Shown here one piece after another: positions 25,101-37,100 of a stretch of DNA of 64,000 nt. Origin of the DNA: Iphione sp. A-MEVVRFRX5 (Eukaryota). The stretch spans positions 7,316,001 to 7,380,000 of the forward strand of contig OZ320322.1 in NCBI GenBank assembly GCA_976226885.1, read 5' to 3'. The translations under genes and the position numbers were made by a program. A model generated the notes under the pieces. The model was given only the letters and a program-made list of their open reading frames with translations, had not been told where the DNA came from and ran no database searches. Positions within the stretch are counted from its first letter, which is position 1; every line of letters starts with the position of its first letter.

Positions 25101-28100
25101 ATGACCAACTTGGCATATTGGAGGATGGAAAAGCCCACATAGACTGGCATATCCAGCACTATTCTTGATTTTGCCAACTCTACCCCATAAATTCCGCTCA
25201 TTTCTGTCAATTTCCTGAAGCGAGGCGAATTTACGGCTGCTACTGCTTGGTTTGTGGACGTGAAATATTTGACAGAATTCTGTTTTTCTTTCTGCATGAT
25301 AATTCCCCCATATGCTGAATTACCAATCAATTTCATAGTGTCAGCAATGATTGACATATCGGGGTTACTGTCTCCACGTCTTCGTGCTTCCGTTACATCA
25401 TCCACGAAGGGTCTGAAGCATTCCTTGGGTACGAATTCTATCGTTTGATATATTCTCGTCACAACCAAACCGTGTTCCATATACCATTTCAACAATGGAC
25501 TGAGCAGAAGCATTTTTCTCGCCTTCATCGCACCGACCAATAGACGTCTAGGCCTCTCTGATAATTTGTGCGAGCTTACGTACTGTCTCATGTGTTCTCC
25601 AATGTGCTCCATGTGAACCGAGGTGTTACCGAATAGTGGACACATCTCGCTGAAATACTCTCGTGGAGACATATTTCTCTCTCTCCCCCTCGGCCAGTCA
25701 TCTGGCACCGAAATGTCCACTTCCACAGCCCCGAAGAATGTTTCGTTCATTATGCCTTCTATGATCTGTGCTTCCGTTACACCACCCCTATGGAGCTTGC
25801 TGAAGGTTGGTGTGTACTTGTCTGCAAAGTCACTGAGAGCTTGATTCGACTTTAGCTCCGCTACAAAAGTGCACTCCTCCATGACCACGACATCAAATCC
25901 TTGTCCCTCAATAAAGCTCTGTCTTTCTTTTGTTCTCTTCTCTCTCTTCAGACGGACGGATTCGTTCATCTTTCCTGTCAAGCACGAGTGACCGTGGTAG
26001 TAACAGCCATTGAATTCAAAGACTGTGTTCGTTTCTTGCGCAATGCCGTCCACTCTGAAAGGACCTATACTGATTTCACCCTCGTACCTGTTCTGAGCAT
26101 GGATGATGTCCAAGCCTCTTCGTTCTGCTTCCCATTCCAACCATACGACACACATGGATGAAAGTGTGGAGTTCTCCCGTTTGAAATTGGTTTTCGCCCT
26201 CCTCCTCACATATGCTTCCGTGCCATGCATCTTTCCTATACAACACAGGTATAGAGAGTTGGCATCCAATCCCAGGATCTTCTTGCATAAATTCTGAGTG
26301 TCTCTGATGTGCGACTTATCCTTCTCATGAGCTCGAGTAAAGACGATGGCTGGTCCGCCCACTATGTTCCTCCTAAAAGTCTGATAAATATCCTCGTCAC
26401 TTGTTCCAAAGATCGGGAACCTCGCTCCATTTCTCAACGCGGACTGAAAAAGTAACCTTCTCGCTACCCCAGGTGCGGACACGGCCACCTTGAAAACATC
26501 CATTCCGCGATCGAAATAAAACCGCTGGAGTCGACTGACACCTTCAACAAAAGGTCCGACGTCTAACTTGTTATAGTAGACTAGCAAGTCCTGTAACGTC
26601 TGCATGCCTTCCCGATCCCATGTTTCTTGGAGGTCCTGATACTCCTCCGATGTGATGTTACACTTCTTGAGAGAGGAATAAAAAGCATCGTGGGGTGGAA
26701 GACTTGTCTCCATCAATTTTTCTGGACAATCTAAGTACTCATAACAGAATACCCCCTTCTGCTCTTCGACTCCATAGGCTTTTAAAAACTTGGAATATGA
26801 TACTCCAGGAGTCAGGTACTGCGTTATGTCCAGGAACTTTAGGAGTTGATTGTCCAACATTATATAGGCATTTTCTCTTTTGATAACAAACAGTTCCTTC
26901 CCTTCTCTTTTTAGCCTCCTCAGCAACGCGGCCTTCATTACGTTGAGGTCATATTTAGCTGAGTTGTACCCAATGACAGGTAGCGTGCTTATATACGTAA
27001 CAAATTTTTCTTCCAGCTTTGTTAACATCGTCAGCTGCTGCTTACCTGCCCTGTCTCTAATCCGCGCATGTACGTCATTCCAGTCGCCTTCTCCGTCGAC
27101 TGGTTCATCCCAAATATCACAATTCCGTTGTGCTTCATTCTTTTTCCTTTCCAGTTCTTTCAGCACGCTTGACCATTTTTCCCTTGCAATACTAACAGAT
27201 GCTTTTTGAATGTTTTCCAGGTATCCCACAGTCCTGTCCATCAACACACTTATATCCTCTGAGACGAAACATTCCGGTGTTTCGAAACCCGACACATTAC
27301 TGGACACTGCAACTGAAATGACTTCATGTTTCTGAAGCCATTTCAGTTTGGGGCTGTCTCCTTCTGGTATTGCTCGTAACATGGCCTCACAGTCAAAAAC
27401 TGCAAAATTCCTAAATAATCTATCCTCTGGGGGCACATTTATTCCAACTGCCTTCAACTCCTGAAAAACCGTTTGGGGATTTGAATAAAACCCACCTTTT
27501 AATATATATGTGGTTCTCAATGGACACGATTTCATGTGACGATCAATATTGAACTTTCTATTAAAGCACTTCCGGCACAATGGACACTCAAATTTTTTGG
27601 CATAAGCTTTAAAATCTGTGACATACGACAAATGACCCTCATACACGTTCAGATACATTACCTTTCCGACCTTGTGAAAGGGTTTGTAATGTAAGATAAC
27701 TGTGTTTTGACTTGTCGGTTCATAAATATACACACTGATTTGAAAGCAGTCCTCAAAATCTTTCATTTCGTCTATGCCTATTCCATCATACTTTGAAGGA
27801 TCGTTCTGTAATGTGATCCCATGCTTTGCACCCATAAACTGTCTCCACTTCTCGTAATACTCCCCTACCACCCTTTCCATCTCATGGGTTCGACCCTCGT
27901 GAACTGCCAAGCACCTGAATGCACACAACATATCTGAAATGGGAGTCCCATTATCGGTTTGATCCAAAGCGACTAAGTACCTTCTACATTTCAGGTATCG
28001 AGGTAAAAAACCCACACCCAGAGGATAGGCCAGTCGAGAGACGAAGTAGGTCACATTGACTATACCAACCAGGACCCATTTGGTATCAGGCCTTCCTTCA

Positions 28101-31100
28101 GTGAAATAATTATCCAAGTCAATACCCCTCAACCTCTCTGTTGTTTCTTGTACATCTCGGTATGATGAGATCACTACAGGCTCCTCCAATACAGTACTAT
28201 TTTTATATGGAACGAAATATCTATGCTTATTTGTCTCCACGTGCCGAATGATGAGACCAAATCCAACATTCAATTTATAGGCACTCTGTTCAGAATTAAA
28301 TATTTCGTCCATCTGCCTACTGATCTCGTCACCTCCCCCCGATAAATTATCTGTCGGGAAATTATAGGTAGCAGATACTTCACCTTGCCTGTGATTAGCT
28401 AAGATGTGTCTCCTGTTTGCATTATAGACACGTTGAAATTGCCTTGCAATGTCTGAGTCGGAGTCATTGACATTAGAGACTCTTCTCCATGGTTCTCCTC
28501 CCTCCCTCCATGGTGGAGACTGAACATCTTCTTCACCAGCCCCATGTTGCTCTCCATCGTGCATATATAGGTCACTCCTCGTGTTGAATATTGCATCACA
28601 CTTTTTACATCTATATGACGGGACTCTAATGCTCGGGTCCACCTCCTCCTCCTCCTCCTCCTCCTCCTCGACCTCCTGCTGTTTCCTCTTCTTCTTCCGA
28701 TTGTGATATCTATCTTTGTGTGCCTGTCTTGCCTCGACTGACTGAAATCTTCTGCCGCATACATCGCATGTTAAACGAGTCTTTTCCAAACACTGCGCAG
28801 CGTGTTTAGACCCGCATTTTTTGTATCTGTACTTTTTCTTGCAATATGGACATGCATATCCTTTGGTCTGAATGAAAAAAAAGGGAGTAAGATAAATAAC
28901 ATAATAACCAATTATAAATCCGACAATAGATTAATTACTGTATTGCTCATTTTGCTTAACCAAAATATTAACGTGTCGCATGCTGTTGAATACTTACTGG
29001 TTGTCTTGTTTCTGTACATGTAAATGTCCTGTTTGATACCCTGGAAGTAGACGGCTTTTCTACGTCGGGAGAATTACTAGTACGATCTGTTCTGTTCATT
29101 TCCAACTGAAAAATTATAAGTATCATAAAATACGTCAAAAGCTCAATACATCTTATAGAAATGACAATAACCATCTTCGAGTATATTTACCATACTCTTA
29201 AAGATATTCCTCTTTTTCATTTTCATTTATCCTGATACTGATGTGCCTTCATCTACCACTACCACATCTATTTCGACCAAGAAAGTTTGACGACATACAA
29301 CTTTAATGTGGACATAACAAGTACGAACCGAACTAGAATCAACTTCTTCATCGCCTTCTGAAGACTCCACTTCACCCACGCCAACGTCCCCGTGTCCCAT
29401 CATGATATGTGCAGTGGATGATATATCTGTCGTGTTTCCTGATGTGCGAGACGAAGACGGCTGCCCAAGCTGATCTGACTGAATACCTATTGACTCTTGA
29501 TTTTGCTACAATTATACAAAATATATATATACGTGTGGATTTTTCTACTACAATTGTTCATAATCATATATTTATATATGTGTGGGTATCTCCATCAATT
29601 GAATAATAGTGCTCTCTCTACAAGCTAATCAATTAGTTGTACTTCGTTTGTTTAAGATCAGTAAATAAAATGTATAAATTATTTCCAGTGTCTCTCCATT
29701 AAAGGAAAAGATATGTGTGAACGTAACATGTGCTCGATGTGTCTATTTCGGATAGATTGCACGCATGACCTCTGCAATCTGACTGACCTGACTAGACTGT
29801 GTTGTAACTCTTCACATATTTTTTCTTATTATCCATCATATACATCGAAGACTACTCACCAGTTGTGTGCTGTCGGAACCTCCTGCCTGAGCTTCTTCCT
29901 CCTCTTCTTCGTCATCATCGAACCTAAGTTGATCACTGCATTCTTCTTCTTCTTCTTCTTCTTCTTCTTCGTCATCATCATCCTCACCGTCATCATCAAA
30001 ACCGTCAAGATCATCTCCACATTCATCGACATTGAGTTCCTCTTCCTCTTCTTCTTGACTGCCTTCATCGTCAAATCCTTTCAAAAATTCCGCAAGTATA
30101 CGTCTCTGTAATATTATTTGTTAGAACAAAAAAAGGGACTTGTATTCTTTATATACTACCCTTGGAATACATTTTAACAAATAGGTTCCATTTAGTCACT
30201 GCATTACCTACCTCGTCTTTTGTTAACTTGCTTTTCCTCTGTTGACTCCTCTTATTCTTCCTCTTCAACTTTTTCAGTCTTCTAATACTTCTTCTTATTT
30301 CCATTAAATCTCGCAAATCTGTTTGACCATTCTCATCGTCTTGACGGTTTAACCGATCCCTCATTAACTCAACTTGTTTTTCGGTCATGTCAGAAAACAG
30401 TTCCAAACTTAGTGACTGTTCCAGAAAAAAACACATATGTCCTTCATCAAATCAATATATATAGGTGTTCAGATTCAAATCAGCATTCTCCCCTCCCTCC
30501 CTCTCTACTCCCCCATTCACCTGCATTTCAAAAGTCAACATTTCCATCTCCACATTCAATATTGACATTGGGAAAGAGACATTCTAGTCGAATAACAATT
30601 CATTGCTCTATTAATACTTTTATTTCACTTATATCTAAAATATCCATCATGTCTGAATAAACCATACCTTAGGATCCAATCCACATATAGATTCGTATTT
30701 GATAACAAGACCCAGACATGGTCCTATCGGATATTGACCGCTCTCTTATCAATATATTAGCTTCTACTTCACATCATCTGCGTTATATATACCTGAATTA
30801 GTCTGAGAGCTTGACAGATTGTCAGAGGTGGTATGGATTACGTCATTAATCCACTATCTATATAGAGCTAGGTTCTAATCAGTTCAGACCCCATCATGTG
30901 ACTGTATTGATCCAATTAAATACATGGGACCACGTGACCTGTCTAGGCCAATCCCAAGCAAGTGGTCACATGACCATTTTTGTCCAATCACTGAAGAGGA
31001 TGTCACGTGATATGACTCGTCCAATCACAGAAGAGGCGGTCATGTGACATGGCTGGTCCAATCACAATTTTTTGGTTAACTTTACTCACACTATACTACT

Positions 31101-34100
31101 CACACGTATCTAAATAGGAACAGATTGCATCCTTACCTTAAAAGAATCCTTACCTTATAAAGACAGTCCACCACATACCCAGCATACACCCGTCTACTAC
31201 TAGAAGTCATCCTTACCTTAAAGAGACAGTCCACCACATACCCAGCATACACCTGTCTACTAACTATAGGTCATCCTTACCTTATAGAGACAGTCCACCA
31301 CATACCCAGCATACACTTGTCTACTACTACAAGTCATCCTTACCTTAAAGAGACAGTCCACCACATACCCAGCGTACACCTGTCTACTACTAGAAGTAAT
31401 CCTTACCTTAAAGAGACAGTCCACTGCATACCCGGCATACACCTGTCTACTACTAGAAGTCATCCTTACCTTAAAGAGACAGTCCACCGCATACCCAGCA
31501 TACACCTGTCTACTACTAGAAGTAATCCTTACCTTAAAGAGACAGTCCACTGCATACCCGGCATACACCTGTCTACTACTAGAAGTAATCCTTACCTTAA
31601 AGAGACAGTCCACTGCATACCCAGCATACACTTGTCTACTACTACAAGTCATCCTTACCTTAAAGAGACAGTCCACCGCATACCCAGCGTACACCCGTCT
31701 ACTGTCGCGTGACACCTTGAAGACACTGGGGATGTTCTCCCCGGGGAAGGAGGCCACCACCTTCTTGGTAATGAGGTCGTACATCCGGGTAATATGGTCC
31801 TCCCCGATGAGCAGATGTTTCTCGTCGGGGGTGATAGCCATGGTGACGTACTGCCGAGTCCGGCTGAAGTCACCCAGCTCGTTCAGCACCCTGCCAGTCC
31901 GCATGTTGATGATGCTCTTCTTGTGACAGAGCAGGTTCTGCACCACGAACACCCGCTTCTGCGTCTGGTCGCGCCGACCGCACTTGTGCAGCAGGCGCCC
32001 CGTCTTCATCTCGAAGACGAAGACGGGCGTCTCGCTGTCGCTGTCACACACCAGGTAGCTGCCGTTGTTGGACTGCAGCAGCTTGGCGTCCGTGCCCGGG
32101 TTCAGCTCGGACACGTCGAGCGTGCGCGACTTCTCGCCCGTGTCGAGGTTCCAGAAGGCGATGGTGCCGTCCTTGGAGAGCGAGACCAGCTCGTTGGTGC
32201 TGCGGCTGAAGAGCAGGTCGACGACGCTCTTGGAGTGCTCCTCCAGCACGTAGAGGAGCATCTCCGACGGCGAGTCGAAGCACTGGAAGATGGGCAGCAG
32301 CGCCGAGTGCTCGGGCGCGCGCTGGTCGCACTGCCGGAGCAGCTCACGCAGGTTCGGCATCCGGTCGAAGAGAGGCAGCAGATGACCGAGCAGGTCGAAG
32401 CCCAGCGTGGATGGGTTCTTGTTGACGTAACTACCGCCCATCCGCAGACTATTCGCTAGTACCTGAAGTCACAGCATGCTCTCAATAAGTACATGGCGAA
32501 TGATAAATGTATAAGGGTTCTTGACAATGTAACAAAAACCCATCCTCAGACGGTTAGCAAGGACCTGAAGTCATAGCATGCTCTCGATAACTACATGGCG
32601 AATGACATGGGTATTAGAATCACAAACCCGGCATGCAAGGTTCTTGATAATGTAACTACAACCCACCCCCAGACTATTAGCGAGTACATGAAGTCAAAGC
32701 GTACTCACAGGATCCCACTTGAATTTTATTTGAATTTTACCTCAATTTCTGAATTCAATTTTATTTGAATTTTACCTTAATTTCTCATTTCAACTACATT
32801 TGAATATTATCTTAATATCTTAAATCGATTTTACTTCAATTTTACCTTAATTTCTCATATACAATATAATTCTTAATTCCACCTATTCATTTCTGAAGTG
32901 GATCCTAAGCTGAATTTCTACCTTGATTTCCTCGTCGCCGTAGCCCTCGTCCATGGTGAGCCGGAAGTCGGAGAGGATATCCGGTAGCGACATGGCGCAC
33001 AGCTTGGTGTGCAGCCAGTGGTAGTTGAAGAGGATCTCCCTCTTGAGGTCGGCGATGCGCCCGCTCATGGTGAGGTGGTAGGGCAGCTCGGACAGCTTGC
33101 GCTGGTTGTAGCGCACGCGGCGCCGCTGGCGGGGAGAGAAGCTGTCGCCCCAGCTGAGCGGCTGGTGCGGTACCTTCCGGTCGGCGCGGCTCTCGCTGCA
33201 CGCCAGGTTGAGGTTCTGTACGTTCGTCGCCGAGTAGGTGAAGGGCTTCTTGCGGCCGCCGGCCCACGTGCCCAGGTAGTAGTCGGCCAGGAGGGAGTGG
33301 ATGTAGCGCCGGTCCTCCGGGTCCGACAGGTAGCGGTCCTTAGTGACGGTGATGAACTGCCGGTGGTACCAGTAGTTGACCAGCACGCCGTTAGCCTCGC
33401 GCTTGACGATGTAGCAGCGCAGGTCGTCGAGCAGGCGCGGCCAGAGGAGCGGCGGGATGCGGCGCGTGGGCGGTACCCAGTAGGTGAAGACGTCGTTAAG
33501 GATGACGTCATCGAGCGACATGGTGTCCTCGAGCTCCGTGTCGCCCAGGCCGTTGCGCGAGGCGGTGATGTAGGAGAGGGCGTGTTTGACGAAGGAGTGG
33601 CCGTGGTGGTGCTCCAGCCGGTCCAGCAGGCAGTTGATGACGCCCTTGATGGTGACCTCCAGGCGTAAGGTGTGCACCTCGTGGTAACTCTTCCACTGCC
33701 GCACCTCCTCGAAGACGAGCTTGGTGTAGAGCGGGAGGCTGTTGTAGTGCAGGGCCGTCTGCACCTTCACCATCTGCTCCGGCGTCAGCTGGCGGTTCGC
33801 CTTCTGCAGCCAGTCCTGGATGATCTCCATGCTCATCGACTGGCTGAGCGGCTGCACCTTCATGAAGTTGTCCGAGTTGGGGTACATGATGCCCAGCGTG
33901 GCGCAGAGGTCGTGGTCGACGGGCAGGGTGGAGAGGATCAGCTTGACGTGGTTGGGCAGCACCTTGGGCAGCCAGACCAGGTTGTGGGCGTGGTGGGAGG
34001 CCGAGAGCTGGTCCAGCGAGTCCAACATGAGAACCAAGGGTTTCTCAGCAGTAGCACACTGCAAACACAGACAGCACACACCGAGTAAGAAAATGTAACA

Positions 34101-37100
34101 TTCACATGGTACACAGACTAGGATTACTAGTCACTGACATGAAACATGTGAGTATCAGTACTAATCACATCGGGACCAAGGGTTTCTCAGCAGTAGCACA
34201 CTGCAAACACGGACAGCACACGCCGAGTAAGAGAACGTAACATTCACACAGTACGCAGACTAGGAGTACTAGTCACTGCCACAATACATGTGAGTATAAG
34301 CACTAATCACATCGGGACCAAGGGTTTCTCAGCAGTAGCACACTGCAAACACTGACAGCACACGCCGAGTAAGAGAACGTAACATTCACACAGTACACAG
34401 ACTAGGAGTACTAGTCACTGACACAATACATGTGAGTATAAGTACTAATCACATCGGGACCAAGGGTTTCTCAGCAGTAGCACACGGCAAACACAGACAG
34501 CACACACCAAGTAAGACAACTTTACATTCACATGATACACAAAAGTATCAGTACTGAACAGTCGCACTTACTATTGAATATGATTGAAACAGAGGTCAAA
34601 TAGGTCAAATCATTGAGACTACTCCCTGAATCAAGAGTATTATATTAAGACAGAGGATGAATACTAAGGAATAAGTTGGAAACAGAGGTCATGGGGGTCA
34701 AAAACATTCAAACCATACACTGATTAGGACTTTCTTAATCAAATGATGGAAACACACGATGGGTTTCATCGCCAAGATACAATGGCTCCGTTGCGACTAA
34801 CTTGTGTAGACAGACATCGGAAAGACTAAGATTCACTTTTATATCATTAAATAAGACTAGAAACACACACTCATCCTGTGCATGTTATAAAAACTGGCAC
34901 ACACACAGACGTACGCACACAAACACAGGCAGACACTAATAATGACACACACATATGGACACACATACACAAGGAACATATACTCTCAAACGCATTCACA
35001 CAAATATCCAACCCATTAGGGACATCTCAGCAATGTACCAGTATATGCTGCCAAGCACCAAATGGATGCTGGTGTACACATAGAAACATATGGACACAAA
35101 CATATGCATACTCACAAAAACACACACTAGTTCTCAAGCACTCACCCTCAGAAGCATGTGGAAGTGGACGATGAGATCTGAGTCGTCACCTGGGATACTT
35201 CACACATCATATCCACACGTCTCAGCAATCTGGCGTATACATACAAACATCCACACACACAGGCATATACACTCACACAGACACACCCTAGTTCTGAAGC
35301 ACTCACCCTCAGAAGCTCGTGGAAGTGGACGATGAGGTCCGGGTAGTCAGCGGGGATACTGGACACGCCACATCCATACATCTCAGCGATCTGGTGCATA
35401 CATACAAACATCCACACACAGGCATGCATACTCACACAAACACACACTAGTTCTGAAGCACTCACCCTCAGAAGCTCGTGGAAGTGGACGATGAGGTCCG
35501 GGTAGTCAGCGGGGATACTGGACACGTCACATCCATACATCTCAGCGATCTGGTGCATACATACAAACATCCACACATACAGGCATGCATACTCACACAA
35601 ACACACACTAGTTCTGAAGGCACTCACCCTCAGAAGCTCGTGGAAGTGGACGATGAGGTCCGGGTAGTCAGCGGGGATACTCGACACATCACATCCATAC
35701 ATCTCAGCGATCTGCCAGCAGATGCTGCCCAGCACTAGACGGATGCTGGTGCTCCTGGCACTGGTTCCTATATACGGTAAAACAGGATACACAGTCGTTC
35801 ACGTAAAGGCATAAAGGCATAAAGGTACAATGGTGGGGGATGTCAATATGTACCATGGAATCTTAAGACAGGGGATAAGCCTTCTTATCACTGCTCCTTG
35901 CAAGAACAAAGCCATCACTAGTTAATCACCGGTGATTATTGATACTGAGCATGTTCATAACTTACATGTAAAGTATGATATAACTAATGTTCCAAAAAGA
36001 CAATAATTACAACACAAAATAGTTCATTTAATTCTTCTCCCTGTGTGCTGCAGTGGAAGAACAAATAGTTCAGATGAATCATCATTGAAATTCATTACAG
36101 GAAAAACTGGGCACAATTAAAAGTATTTATACCATGGACACAAAAAAATTTAAGAAATCGATCTTATATTCAAGTTTCAAATTAATCTTGAAGCATTTTA
36201 CCGAAATCTGACTTTTATAACTGATCCGGAATCAGCTTGTGCATTCCTATTACTGAATCAATTCTTATCTATCTTCGTCTTTCTCCTAAAAGTTCTAGAA
36301 CAAGTAGCAGCGAGTAAGGGGACCCTCGCTTTCCAACATTCAGTGGTTATTGCTATTTAAGTCTTTTATATGGAAATCGTCAGCTTTACACTCAAACAAT
36401 ACATTTATAAGCAAACAAGGCAGTAGATGCCATATAAAAAAAAATAACCACAGGTAGAATCCGGTGGTTCTTACCTAGAAAGCGCAGGACTAGAATGGGC
36501 ATGGCTTCATGCCCGAACCAGGTGTGCATGTTGCTGGCTGCTTTAGCGATGATGGAGGTCTTCCCGGAGCCGGACACTCCGTGTATGATGAAGGGCATGA
36601 TGGAGCGGCCGGTCACGTACTGACGAATGCTGCTGATTATCCTGTCACGACCTGTGCACAGAACAACCAGAGAGATATGAGACACATTGATGAATACTAC
36701 TGACGATTCTGTCATGACCTGTGCGCAAAATAACTATTTCCTAAGACATATTTAACTTAAAGAACTAGATACTTCACTTTAGGTAACAGAGTTCTAGTTG
36801 CTGCATCACCTCCACAACCGGGTTGTCATTCATGTGGGTGTCGAGATCCTCCATCGAGACAGAGACAAGCCTTGACATGCTATCTTAACTAACCTTCACT
36901 AAAACATATATTACTTCAGCCACTAACCTTTAAAAATATTGCACCTCATACGACAGAGTTCCAGGTGCTGCATCACCTCCACAACCAGACTGTCATTGAT
37001 GCAGGTGTCGAGTTCCTCCATTGAGTCAAAGACAAGCTTCGATATGCCATCTTAACTAACCTTCACTAAAACATAGATTACTTCAGACACTAACCTTTAA

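Larger units (their letters stand above)
8796..31100 (-). mobile_element. Polinton/Maverick (adintovirus-type endogenous dsDNA virus), apparently complete, 22,305 bp
   Basis: Termini AGTAGT...ACTACT, inverted repeats, 6-bp TSD CACACG, and a full uninterrupted core gene set (pPolB, ATPase, integrase, MCP, mCP, protease). Confidence 0.97.
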
